DNA of 64,000 bases, taken from positions 372,001 to 436,000 of the forward strand of contig CBFDEM010000024.1 in assembly GCA_965603825.1 (NCBI GenBank), in the 5' to 3' direction. Source of the stretch: Blepharisma stoltei ATCC 30299. Lineage: Eukaryota > Protista > Ciliophora. Position 1 is the first letter of the stretch, and each line of letters starts with the position of its first letter. Positions 11,315 to 23,217 of the stretch are shown here, piece after piece. Under the pieces are notes generated by a model. That model was given only the letters and a program-made list of their open reading frames with translations, was not told the origin of the DNA and did no database searches. The position numbers and the translations under genes are program-made.

Positions 11315-12955
11315 TTACAAAGAATCTTTATTGATTTTGATTCTTTTTCTCGTAAGATAGCCTCTGATCCACGCTTGCAAAAACACAATGGCTCCTAGGA
11401 TGTTTTTATAGATTGATCTGCAAATAAACTTTCTTATATGCTTTTGGATTAAAATAGCTGCATTCACCTGAGGATTATTCTCTTCTCCATTAATTTTCTT
11501 TTTTTCTGTATTTTTATTAGCATAATCACTATTCTTATTTCCTTCGTAAAGGCCTGAAATACTTTTATCATGGTTTTTCCTTATCAAATCGAATCCTGCT
11601 ATTTCACTAACTGAAATTGGGCTTCCTTTATCAGGCATATTCATAGCTCTGCTTGGTGGGTGCACAATCCTTACAGTTTTCTTCGATTTTATTCTCAACG
11701 CTTCATTGTTTCTAATCCTGAAACCTCTAAAAGCAGCCTGAATTTTAATAGCAGCCTGATTTCTTTGGTAAAGCAAGGTATCAATAGAATATCTTGAGAA
11801 TGTGCTATCAGTCCGATTTTCTTCATTTATATCCCTTAAAGGCTTCACGAGGTTATTAAAATCATCAAGTCTATTTTGCAGCTTTGTAATATGGTCGCCA
11901 ATGTTTCTTAAAGCCTCCTTCATTGGTCTTTTTTGTAGAGGAGCAGTCGAAATTCTTTTGTTCTCTATATTACTTTTGTTAAGTCTTGACGCTGGAGGAT
12001 CATGGCTTATTGTGGTGTTTAAGAATAATGAATGCTTATAATCATGATTAAACATAGGCTGTAGCCTATCTCCAGTTAAAAATCTCACATTGATGATATC
12101 AATTGGATGGTTTGGATCTAGCGCAGCTTTTACTCTAGACACGTCCACACTCATATTTTTCTTATGAGAGATTCCGTAATCTTGGCTAGGCTGAGATTTT
12201 CTTCTTATTGTATGATATTTTATTTTAGGCAACCGACTTTCAGGCAAAGTCGTATTTAAATTTCTTCCTTCATTTCTGCTTATTTTCTGCGGCGGAGGAA
12301 TTTTATTGCTAGTTCTAAAGTCTTGTCTAGCCGTTTGTCGTGCAGTCTCGTTTAATGATTTTTCTGTAGCATCTGTAAAGCTTTTGCTCATTGATGTTGT
12401 TAGAGGGTGCTTCATTCCCAAACAGTCCAATGATGTTTCTCATGCTGCTTTATAGCAGTCCACCGCATTTTGTATTTTATTCATAAATTCGTATTGAACA
12501 CCAGCATTGTGGTATGCGATCACCAAAGTAGTTATTTGGTTTTCAGAATTTTCGATGTTGTTTTTTAATAATTCCAATGCTTTTTTAGCTTCTGCTAAAG
12601 CAAGATCATGCTTGCCTAAATCAGAGTAGATAGCACATATATTTAGATATGTGCCTGCTAGATTGATCCGGTCAATTGGCTCGAGCTTCTCATATTGTGA
12701 AGCCTGCTTTAAGTACTTTAAAGCTGTGATTGGTCTTTTCATCCTTTTATAAATGCATCCGTAGTTATTAAGCGTTATAGCAAGCAACTTGCTGAAAGGC
12801 TGCGAGTCTGCTAACGATGAAAGTAACGACTCAGCTTCTTTCAATACTTTAATTGATTGGCCGAATTTTTCTTCACTAAGCTGATTCATTGCTTGACGGT
12901 TCAGATTTAGAATTCGTTTCTCAAGCTGTGCTAGTTCGGCTGCAGAAATCTCCAT
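11315..12955 (-). CDS. TPR plus IQ-motif protein, 546 aa
   Basis: TPR-like TLNNYGCIY, TYLNICAIYS, AYHNAGVQYE; IQ motifs IQAAFRGF, IQKHIRKF, LQAWIRGY; joined through TGA 12440-12442. Confidence 0.85.
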
Positions 12956-13051
12956 TTAAATATAAAAACTAAAATTTTTGTTTTGGCTTGATTTTTCACA
13001 TGCATTTAATATTTAATAAAAATAAAAAATTTGCCTGGATAAATAAGCTGC

Positions 13052-13408
13052 TTATTTAGCTTTAGGTTTGTTCTTTGGATTTGATTCGTATAAGAACCTA
13101 ATAATATCTTTTCTTTCAGCCTCATTTTTAACACCAGCAAAAGCCATAGAGTTTCCTGCTGCGAATCCTCCTGGGTTTTCAAGCCAAACGTTGAGGTTTT
13201 CGGCATTCCAAGTTTCTGCTTTGTGACCTCCTAAGGCTGCTGAGAATTTGAATCCTTTGATAGTGGCGATCTTTCTTCCCCATACTGATTGGAGATTAGG
13301 TCCTATCGCATGCTTTCCTCCAGCAGCTACACTGTGGCAATTTTGGCAATTTCTTATAAAGATCTTTTTCCCGTTTGCTGCATTCCCTTCTGGGCCTTCT
13401 TCAGACAT
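13052..13408 (-). CDS. CYC: Cytochrome c (mitochondrial type)
   Basis: CQNCH haem motif, GPNL, WLENP, MAFAG; likely start MSEEGPEG at 13408. Confidence 0.95.
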   Translation of the reverse strand: MSEEGPEGNAANGKKIFIRNCQNCHSVAAGGKHAIGPNLQSVWGRKIATIKGFKFSAALGGHKAETWNAENLNVWLENPGGFAAGNSMAFAGVKNEAERKDIIRFLYESNPKNKPKAK

Positions 13409-13664
13409 TATAATTTTATTTACGGCTATAATTTCACAATTAATCATGGTGCACTTTTATTGATACCTTTAATATTTTTTGAAAAAACTCGGCTGTAGCT
13501 TTTCTTATATAATTAAATTATGCAAAAATGCCTAAGATTATCCTAAATTAATAAATCTGACAGATAATAAGTATTTCTCAGCAATAATATCGAAAAAACA
13601 TTTAAAGCCTTTAACTGAATGATAAATTCATGATTTGAATATCTTGACAATTAAAATGTGAAAA

Positions 13665-15068
13665 ATGGCTCTAGATGCCAAAATTGCAGCTTTTATAACA
13701 GAAATAGTTCAAACTGAGTCAAAAGAAGAGCAACCTGTTCAGATACTTAATAAGTCAGACTACTACACACATAAATTAGAAACTGAAAAAAGAAAAGGAG
13801 AAGGTCTTGATGATAAAATCAGAAGAATAAGAGAAAAAATTGCAAGAAGACAAGAAGAAATGAAAAACACAATAGGGTGGAAGAAGGAAGAGCACAAAGC
13901 ATTTAACAAAGTCAATTCTTTAGAAACGCAGCTTGAGCATACAAAAATAAGACTCAGTCAGTTAAAAAGTGACAATGAACATCTGAGAGAGCAAATTCAA
14001 TTAATAAGAAGAAACAATATGGGCGCTGCTCGAGAAACCAGGAACATTTCTTTTGAAATTATGAAATCTAGAAACTTAGCGGAATCGTTTAATGGTAATT
14101 CAGTCAGAAACAAAAGCTTGATTCTAAGCACTAGAAACAAAGCTCAAAGACTAAACCAAAGATTCAAGGCTGACCAATCTGAAATGAGCTTTACAGAGTC
14201 AAGGTTAGAAGATGAGCTGCAGGAAAGATCCAAATCTATTTCACCAATGCCTTTACAAAGAGCAAGAACGCCTTTCCACGAGATTTCGGATCATTTAAAG
14301 GTTCTTAAATTCTTGAGTAGAAAATGGACAAGAAAAGTGGGAGAGAAAACTGAATTAATCAAAGATTATGATCAACAGCTCAAGGAATATAGTCTAGCGT
14401 TGACTGCTATGGGCGCCTCAATTTGCTCAAGGAACGTTAAAGAAATCGCCAAAGCAAACTTGAATAGTTATGAACAAGAAATTATGCTAAGATGCAATTT
14501 GCTTCAACTTAATGAACAAAATGAAGTTTTTGAGCATGAACTTGGAAATATTCATGAAAAAATCCAGTACGTAAAAAATGCTGCACTAAATATAGATACA
14601 GGCAAAAGCGATTTTCTAGCAAAAAAGCAAGCTGAGTTATCTAACTTGAAAAACAAAATTCAGCAATGTGGGTCAAAGTATGTATCAATAGAAGATGACT
14701 TTAAGTATCTGTCAAAAGCTGTACTTGAAATGCTTAAAAAATTGCAAAGCCTGGGAATTCAAGCTTTTTCTCAAAAGTTTTTAGAAGATCCTGAGCTAAC
14801 CTACACAAACATAATATTGCACTTGAGCAAACTTGAGGAAGTTCTATATGTGTTTGGGTCATCTTATAACTCTTCTCGAGAGGAGAATCGCTATAGATTT
14901 ACTCCAGAGCCAGGATCTTATGTTTCAGTTACTCCTCAAGGGTATTCAAGAGTTCATACTAATATATGTGAATTAGAGATTGATTTGTCTGACTATGAAG
15001 AACATTCTCAGCCACTGACAGTATCTGAATTCAGGCAAAAAGCACTATCTCAATTAAATCTTTATTAA
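13665..15068 (+). CDS. Long coiled-coil protein, possibly outer dynein arm docking complex (CCDC63/CCDC114)-like
   Basis: 467-aa ORF; LETQLEHTKIRLSQLKSDNEHLREQIQLIRR resembles the family core from memory. Confidence 0.5.
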   Translation: MALDAKIAAFITEIVQTESKEEQPVQILNKSDYYTHKLETEKRKGEGLDDKIRRIREKIARRQEEMKNTIGWKKEEHKAFNKVNSLETQLEHTKIRLSQLKSDNEHLREQIQLIRRNNMGAARETRNISFEIMKSRNLAESFNGNSVRNKSLILSTRNKAQRLNQRFKADQSEMSFTESRLEDELQERSKSISPMPLQRARTPFHEISDHLKVLKFLSRKWTRKVGEKTELIKDYDQQLKEYSLALTAMGASICSRNVKEIAKANLNSYEQEIMLRCNLLQLNEQNEVFEHELGNIHEKIQYVKNAALNIDTGKSDFLAKKQAELSNLKNKIQQCGSKYVSIEDDFKYLSKAVLEMLKKLQSLGIQAFSQKFLEDPELTYTNIILHLSKLEEVLYVFGSSYNSSREENRYRFTPEPGSYVSVTPQGYSRVHTNICELEIDLSDYEEHSQPLTVSEFRQKALSQLNLY

Positions 15069-16225
15069 ATGTAATTTTATTATATTATTTTTAATTTAAA
15101 AGATGCATTAAGATTAATTAAAATTACAAAATTCAAGTGTATTTTTCTTAAGCGGATTACTTAGAAATTTATTGGAATAAAATTTATGTTATACTTGGAA
15201 TTGATATAATATAATATCTGCTAGTTTCAATCTATTTTTATCTATCATTATTATGCTATTGGCATAAGAAAAACTTAGTTGATATTTCTTGACTTCAATT
15301 TTGAATATTGAGAAATTATAATCCTAATTTATTATTTGCAAAAAAAATTAGAATCCATTTGTTTCACATTATTTAAGATTTTTTGATTTTTTGAAAAAAT
15401 GAAAATAGCCAACATGTAAAAATGTCAATTTTATCCCTATATACTGAAATAATAATTATTAATAGTACCCATATCTTTTATTTTTGCAAAAATTCAATGC
15501 ATACTTATTCATGTCCTGCAAATATCTTAGAAGATGCAAATATATTTCATAAATAACTATTGAGCTAAAATAAGCATCCCTTATAATAATTCTATATATG
15601 AAAAAGTTAAATTCAAAAATAACCTCATATTAAAATTCAAAACAAAAGAATTTAAGATAGAAATATTGTAAGTCTTCTATTAAAATGCAAAGCAAAAAAT
15701 TTAAAGATAAAGATATTGAGCTATTTTTATTATGAAGAGTTTTTTTTCTGTATTAAATATTCGAATATCGAAATTGAAGCTTAAAAATTTAATAAGTGAA
15801 ATGAAATAATTTTTATTGTAAATAATTTTGATGAAACTTATAAAATGAAAAAATCTTATAAATAAGTTTTTGCTAACTAAAATTACTGAACTTTTTATAT
15901 AAATGCAAAAAAAAATGGAGTAATTCTTCAAACCTTCTTAGTTATGGAAATATTTTATACTTTTTTGTTTTCTAATTAAAAAGAATTAATTATATAACCT
16001 AATAATTTCTGATTTTTATATAACTATAACATTTATCAATTTATTTGAAATTTCATCTGAAATTGCACCAAAATCTTTCTTTTGGTTGTTAAAAACTTCA
16101 ATAGTTTTTATGTGTGATAACTCAGCAAAAAAGTATTTTTAGCCAAAATTATTTGTATAGCATTTACCCTTAATGTCGATTTAGTCCAAATTTACCAAAT
16201 TGCATTAAAATAATTAAATTAAAAA

Positions 16226-17152
16226 ATGACCGAAATTCATACATGCAATCCTTACGACCATGAAGGCTGGAAAGCCTGCAAAGTCTGTGGAGCTTTTCTA
16301 CCATCAACTAGAGCAAGATCAATTAGAGAAACTTCAGATTTTCCTTCTCTAGGTATTCACCCTCAACAAATAATTAACACCTACAGAACATCAAAATTTA
16401 CACGCAGATACAATCCTTCTGCATCCTATTTAAAGGTAAACATTATATAGTATCGTAATGCTCTAATTGACTGGATATGTCATGTGGGTGAAGCTTTAAA
16501 CTTTTCAGCCTTAACGATTCACGTAGCTGTTGCCTTATTTGATGCTGCTTTGGCTGCAAAAGATTTTCCAAAAAGCAGTCTCCAATCATTAAGCTTGGTT
16601 TCACTGTTTGTCGCTGCGAAATCTGAGGACTCAGATACCTATCTTCCTCGCTTTCGGAGCTTAATTAAATATAGCAAACATCCAACTGCTACCCTAAGAA
16701 GAATGGAGTTAGAATTACTGACTGCTTTAAAGTGGGAATTATCTGCCATAACTCCATATCATTTTGTACAATTTTACATTTCCCACGGTATTGTATATAC
16801 TGGCGATTATATGAGGGGAAAACACTTAAGTGAAAAGAGTGCTAAATATGTTAATAAGTATGCAGATTTTTTTGTTGAAATGTGCCTCCAAGAATACGAA
16901 TTAACTCAATATACACCTGAAAATATTGCGTGTGCATGCATAGCTGCTGCAAGAAAAGCTGTTGATATAAGATGCGTTTGGCCTTTGGAGTTGGAAGAAT
17001 TAACAGGAAAAAAACTCCAAGAAACTTGCTTTGCTAAAGTATGGGATATCTACCAACAGAGGTTTGTCGGAGGAAAAGGAAGCGAACCAAAATCTGCAGA
17101 GGTGAAAAGAGAAAATCCAAGATCCTCAATAAAATCTGCAATTGTAATATAA
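16226..17152 (+). CDS. Cyclin (cyclin J-like), one intron 16436-16450
   Basis: Spliced YLK|YRNALIDW cyclin box, LFVAAKSE, MELELLTALKW, TPYHF, KYADFFVEMCLQ. Confidence 0.9.
16436..16450 (+). other. 15-nt spliceosomal intron
   Basis: GTAAACATTATATAG; removal deletes an in-frame TAG and joins the cyclin ORFs. Confidence 0.9.
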
Positions 17153-17644
17153 AAATGTATAATTAACACAATAATTATTTTCGAAGAAACCCATAAATCA
17201 AAATCAAAAATAAAAGAATGGATTCTTTTAATTATTTATATTCCAAATCTTTTAAGAGAGCCATTTTCATATGAGAAAATAAAATGGAAAATATTAGTTG
17301 AACAGCATCTAATTAAGAAATATAAAGTATAATATTCATGGCATCAACGCATCTTCTTAATAATTCAACGAAGCAAATATCAGGCGAAGCAGTCTGAAGC
17401 ATTTAATAATTATTTATATATTATCCTCGTTATTTTTTTTTAATTAATTACTTAAATGTGATATTTCAGTTCTTATCACTTATTTCATACCTTAAATAAA
17501 TGTGATTTAAATATACCCCACATATCATTTTTTTATCAAGCCACAATCGAAATTGTCCATATCCTTAAAACTAACCAATTAAATACCCTTGATAACCTCC
17601 AAATTATGCTGAACAGAAATGAATTTTTTAATCACTATTCTAAT

Positions 17645-18718
17645 ATGGGCAACTGTAACCTCAGAATTGACACCTACGATCCTACTGTCTCTCTAAATCG
17701 TCAAAATTTCACATTTCATTATCCCATAGGCAAAGGAGGCTTCGGCAAAGTGTGACGAGTGACTCTAAAGAAAAACAAACAGATATATGCAATGAAAGAA
17801 ATGTTAAAAGCAAGAATTATTGCAAGGCGATCTGTTCAATCAGTAATGAACGAAAGGAGGCTCCTAGCAATTTTGAAACATCCTTTTATTGTGAATATGC
17901 AATTTGCGTTCCAAGATCACGAAAATTTGTATTTAGCGATGGATTTAATGCCAGGAGGAGATCTAAGGTATCATTTGTCCAAAGTGAAACGATTTCCAGA
18001 GGAACAAACAAAATTTTTTGTAACGTGCTTGGTGATTGGATTGGAGTATTTACACAAAAATAATATAATTCATAGAGATATAAAGCCAGAAAACCTTGTT
18101 TTGGATAGCAAAGGATATGTACATATCACAGATTTTGGAATTGCGAGAATTTGGCAGGCTGAAAATTCAAATGAAACTTCAGGAACACCGGGTTATATGG
18201 CTCCTGAAGTCTTATGTAGGCAAAATCATAGTTTTCCAGTTGACTATTTTGCCTTGGGCGTTATTGTTTTTGAATTCATGACTGGAAAAAGACCTTATCT
18301 TGGAAAAGACAGAAAAGAGATAAGGGATGCAATAATAGCAAAGCAGGTTCAGCTGAAGCAAAATGATGTGCCTAGTGGGTGGAGCGCAGAAGCTGTGGAT
18401 TTTGTAAATAAATTAATTCAAAGGAAGCCTCAAAATAGATTAGGGACACAAGGAATTGAAGAAATCAAAGATCATCCATGATTGAGGGACGTTGAATGAG
18501 AAAGGGCTTTCAACAAGCAGCTTATTCCTACTTTCCGACCGCCGAATTCAGATAATTTCGATGCAAGGCAAGTCATGAATGAATGAAAAGATGAAGCATC
18601 CATGGCTCAAAAAGACCACTGCGAACAAAACTTATTTATAGGATACTTTTTTGATCATAATCTCCCAACTGACCATAATAACTCTATGAGGAATCCAAAA
18701 ATTGAAATTAAAGCTTAA
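17645..18718 (+). CDS. AGC-family Ser/Thr kinase, 357 aa
   Basis: MGNC start, GKGGFGKVW(TGA), HRDIKPEN, DFG, GTPGYMAPE, HPW(TGA)LRDVEW(TGA), NFD; TAA 18716-18718. Confidence 0.93.
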
Positions 18719-18956
18719 TTTTTGCCGTAAAACATAAATAAATTGTTATATAATTTATGTAGGAGAGTAGCATCACTGAAATAGATTTTTAATTGTGTAT
18801 ATATGATCCAAACAGTGGCAATAGGCTAAATAAATAGTTGAATGAGAAGCAATATTGCTGTGACTCAAAGGTGCATTGTTCATGCTTAGTTTAGCCAAAA
18901 TAATAAATTGGTGTCTTAAGCTAAAAATTAATTGAATTTAGAAGATTATAATAAAA

Positions 18957-19133
18957 ATGTTGGTCTCTTTTCTAACAAATAAGCTTATGCCACTTATGAG
19001 AATGGGTTTAACACCTATTTCAGCTATGCCTCTTAGCACATATGAGAGATGGAGGTATAAAATGAAGAAGCACAGAAGAGAAAAGCGAAGGCTAAAGATG
19101 AAAAGGCTAAAAGACAAACTTAAAATTAAGTAA
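18957..19133 (+). CDS. Small basic protein, mitoribosomal mS38 (COX24/AURKAIP1, DUF1713)-like, 58 aa
   Basis: MLVSFLTNKLMPLMRMGLTPISAMPLSTYERWRYKMKKHRREKRRLKMKRLKDKLKIK; presequence-like N-terminus and KMKKH motif; absent from the ORF track. Confidence 0.7.
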   Translation: MLVSFLTNKLMPLMRMGLTPISAMPLSTYERWRYKMKKHRREKRRLKMKRLKDKLKIK

Positions 19134-19509
19134 GGATAAATCAATAAAACTTAGACTAAAAATCTCTTTACTTTAATTTTTCTAATATATTAAGCTTCAT
19201 CTGAAGAAGATATTAATGAAATAATCAGAAGAATTTTCTTTCGAATATTTTCTTCAATTAGGATGCATTTTGACAGAATAATTGCTTAGTTATTTATTTT
19301 TATCACTACACAAATTATTTATGCTTACTTGTTCTATTTCTTATTGTCTTTAACTTGCAAACTGCTTTAAATTGTGATAATTCTTTGCTCTATATGCAAA
19401 CGTTAATTTGTCTTATCAAACAAAAGCAAGAAATAATTAGTGCAAACACTATATTAACTCTCAATAAAAATCATACATTTTATCTTCTCTATATAGTAAA
19501 AAATAAAGA

Positions 19510-20445
19510 ATGTCATTAAGCTATTACGACCAGCACTTATTTTGGCAGCAAAGAGTAGTTAAAGAAATCAGCGCAGCCTCGAAATTTTACGAGTAATTGT
19601 AACTTAGAAACAATGATGTTTATAAACTGAAATCGATATCAACGAACTCATTCCAGAAAAAAACGCACCACTCAAGGCCTTCTCATATGAGATCTTCTGT
19701 CCAAGCTCATCCTTACCAATCCGACCCGATTCCTTATCTCTATTCTAACGATTATCGCACCACAAACGTTTATGCAGAAGTTCGTGGAAAATATGCAAGA
19801 CCACCACCTCCTCTCGCCAAGCCTCCTGAAGCAATTCAATCAACACTATTTACGCCTAACGAAATTAAATTAATTTCCAGACCCTCAACTTCAGGAAATT
19901 ATCGGCCTAAGCGATCTAAAACTCCAACTGTTTCTTTAAGCCACTCTCACATAGAACCTAAGCCAATTGATATAAAATCAGCTAAAAATTACGAATCAAT
20001 CGAAAACCTCACCCATAAAAAAGTGGTACCTTTTGAAAATGATGGAAAAGCATATAAAATTCGTTCAGGAAGAAGCTCTTTGACAAGAACAAGATCAAGC
20101 AATAGAAGCATAAGCCAAAAATCCGGAGAAGAGCAAATCATTATCATGACTGAGCCTTGCGAAAACATTGAAGAAAAAGAAGACAAGAAAGAAGAGGAAG
20201 CCGAGAAAAGCAAAGAAGAGGAGAAAAAGAGCGAAGAAGAAAAGATTGGTGAAGGAATTAAAAATGAAGAAAATGTGAAAAATGACGAAAAAGATAATAT
20301 TTCAAACGCTTCTTGGATCACAACAAGTTCTCATAAGAGATACATCGAAGAATTGGAAGAAATGCTAAAGGCTGAAAAAATAAAGAGGATCCATGCTGAA
20401 GAAGAGCTGAAACGTTTGGCCAAATCTCAGCAGGCGAAAAGTTAG
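19510..20445 (+). CDS. Hypothetical protein, one intron 19593-19607
   Basis: MSLSYYDQHLFWQQRVVKE... joins the 19687 ORF in frame after removing GTAATTGTAACTTAG; Glu/Lys-rich C-terminal half. Confidence 0.75.
19593..19607 (+). other. 15-nt spliceosomal intron
   Basis: GTAATTGTAACTTAG; contains an in-frame TAA. Confidence 0.8.
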
Positions 20446-20491
20446 ATTAATTAATCTTTATTATGCAAATTTTTAATCGCATACAATAAAA

Positions 20492-21256
20492 ATGCTGAAA
20501 AGTCCTTATGATACCGATTGCATAACTTGGAGTCCTCAAGGTCGCTTATATCAAGTAGAATATGCAATGGAAGCAATTAAGCAAGGATCCCTCTGTGTTG
20601 GTTTAAAATCTAACCAGTTTGCAATTCTTGCAACCTTGAATAGAGCACCCTCAAAGCTAGCAGAATATCAGCAAAAGGTTTACATGATAGACGATCATAT
20701 TGGACTCTGCTTTTCAGGACTCACTGCTGACGGAAGACTTATTTGCAAATTCTTAAGAACTGAAGCATTAAACTACAAATATACTTATGGAACCAATTGC
20801 AATCCTGGAAGACTTGTCAATAGACTCTCTGAAAAGGCTCAAATCAAGACTCAGAGATCGAGTAAGAGGCCTTATGGAGCTGGCTGCTTAATTGCTGGGT
20901 TTGATGTAAATAATATATAGGAGCATGGCCCTCATATCTACGAAACTAATCCTGATGCGAATTTTTATGAATATTATGCTTTTGCTATTGGATCTAGAAA
21001 CCAGTCTGCTAAGACATATTTGGAAAAGAACTTCGAAACATTTCCAGAAGGTAAATTTAATTTAGCATCCCGTGATGAGCTAGTCAAGCATGCTATAAAA
21101 GCAGTCAAGGTATCTGCACAAGGAGATGTTGAGCTGAATGGTAAAAGTGTAAGTGTCGCGATTGTGGGACAAGGTCAGCAGTTTGCTTTTATTGACGAGA
21201 ATGAAGTAGAAAGAGTTCTTGAGTCACTAAATCAAGAAATGGAGGTAGAAGTTTAA
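20492..21256 (+). CDS. PSMA1: 20S proteasome subunit alpha type-1 (alpha6), introns 20906-20920 and 21051-21065
   Basis: YDTDCITWSPQGRLYQVEYA, GLTADGR, RPYG, spliced GFD|EHGPHIYETNP, AIGSRNQSAKTYLE. Confidence 0.93.
20906..20920 (+). other. 15-nt spliceosomal intron
   Basis: GTAAATAATATATAG; removal deletes an in-frame TAG. Confidence 0.92.
21051..21065 (+). other. 15-nt intron without in-frame stop (probable)
   Basis: GTAAATTTAATTTAG, identical to the required intron at 27851-27865. Confidence 0.75.
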
Positions 21257-21300
21257 CTTTAACAGATCATTCAATAAGGATTTAGTCTTAATTATCTCAG

Positions 21301-22659
21301 TTACTTGACTTCGTTTTCTTCATCTACTATGTATGGGTCTAGTTCATTTAATGGCTGCTCGATCCATGATCTAAATATCCACATCGTTAACGGCGCAATT
21401 AAAGCAACTGCTGCAATTATCAGTCACATATATTGGCAGTCTCTTTCTCCATCTTCTGGACAGAACTCTTCCAATAAAAATCCTGACATAAGTCCACTTA
21501 TAGTCATAGCCAGGTAATATTTTGCGGATAAAATACCAATATAGACACCTACTTCTCCATGGGGAGCGAAATGAAAGGCATAGTCCATCATTCTTGGAAC
21601 AATCAGTGATTCAGCTAGAGCAACACCAATCGCAAAAGCTGAGCAAGTTACATATGTAGAGCCAAATAAAAAGAATAAGGGCGATATTCCAGAAACGAGA
21701 GCTCCTATTGTTACAACTGAATATGAATTATAATAATAGCTTAATGGGATAAAGCATATTGTGAAAACTACAACAGCTACTAAATTGAACGCTAAGACTA
21801 TCCCATAATTAGCATTTTCTCCTATTTCTCTTTCCATATATGTAGGCAATGTTGCATCCAAATGCCTAAAAGATGTTTTTTCTAGTGTCAAGAGGAAAGA
21901 TAAAACGAAAAATCGTCAAAATCTCTTGGTTTTCACTGCCTCTCTAAATGACTGTAAATAACTTTTGTCTGGAAGTCCTACTTCATTGTGAACTTCACTG
22001 TAATTATTCAAATAAAAGCCTCCAATAATGGTCATAAGGGCGAAAAATGAGCCAACCAAAAAGCCAACTCGATATTCCCAGTAATTATCCCCAGCAAGTG
22101 CAGATGAAAAATTTACAATAATACCTGATAAAGGACTTGTGCCAATAATAAAAATAACAGCCAACGCAATAGCCACATTTCCAGTATCTTTTGTTGTATA
22201 ATCTTTTATCGAAGTTTTGCTCGATGCAATCCCTAATGCAATCCCAATTGAAATCGCTGTATATAGTGTAGTGATAAAAATTCCAGCATTTTCTATAAAA
22301 GTAATCAAAATTGCCCCACATATAAGTAATAGGCCTGATTGCATCAAGGCAATCTCATGTCCAGCCACATCAACATAAGTTCCTAATAAAAGTAAATATA
22401 AAGCTATGCACAAGCCAAAAATTGCATAATAAGTCCCTGTCATTGAATCGGAATAATCCAAATCCTCTGAAAGAAATAGTCTGATAGAATAAAAAAGTGT
22501 ATATGACGATAAAGATGTAAGGAATATATTTATCAAAACTACATAAATTTTCGAGTCACTTTCAAAAAACTTGTAAAATAAAGACTTGAGTGTTCGAAAT
22601 TGAACAGAAATAGGAGGCTTGATTAGAGGGTCTTCTTCGGATACTTCTTGGGATGACAT
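21301..22659 (-). CDS. MFS transporter, 452 aa
   Basis: Many hydrophobic helices, GTYVDVAG resembling motif A; one frame through TGA 21916 and 21424 to TAA 21301-21303. Confidence 0.85.
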
Positions 22660-22828
22660 CTAAATTTTATCATGGTGGAATGCGTTTTTTCAATATAAAG
22701 CTAAAAAATAAGAGATTCTATTAAGTTTAGGTAAAAAGAATTAATTAAATTTTTTGAGTAATGAAAGAAAAGGCTATTGATTCGAGATATGCCGGGTGTT
22801 ATTATAAAAAAATGACTGAAAATAAAAA

Positions 22829-22910
22829 CGACACCTATGAGATTTGAACTCATGCGGGGAGACCCCATTAGCTTAGCAGGCTAACGCCTTAACCACTCGG
22901 CCAAAGTGTC
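22829..22910 (-). tRNA. tRNA-Ser (GCU)
   Basis: GACACTT acceptor arm, TGGCCGAGTGGTTAAGGC D arm, TTAGC-CT-GCT-AA-GCTAA anticodon arm, long variable arm, GTTCAAATC T loop, discriminator G, then TTTTT Pol III terminator. Confidence 0.97.
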
Positions 22911-23217
22911 ATCTGGGTTTTAGATCTTATTATTTGTATTTATTTCGAATAAAAATATTAGAGCATGGCTATTCCTTCTTTAAAAATTCTCAAATAGTCA
23001 ACGAGTAATTTTTCAAGTATTATGTGAAGATTACTTAATTTTCGCTACATTCCTTTATATTAATTGATTTAATGTCCTTCTTGTTTTATAATTAAATTAT
23101 AAATAACTCTTTTTAAAATATACGTAAGATACTAATAAAAATATATTTTATGCTTAAAAATTCTTAGATTTCATTATTAATTATCATATTAATAATGTAT
23201 AACAATAAAGTAAAACT

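Noticed and set aside
15701-15931. 76-aa minus-strand ORF
   Set aside because: Non-ATG start and F/I/K/N-rich composition expected from extreme AT content
18938-19144. 68-aa hydrophobic minus-strand ORF
   Set aside because: Antisense shadow of the Lys/Arg-rich mS38-like gene
19202-19256. 13-bp imperfect inverted repeat as terminator or SECIS
   Set aside because: AT-rich low-complexity arms, no SECIS core recognised, and the upstream gene has no TGA
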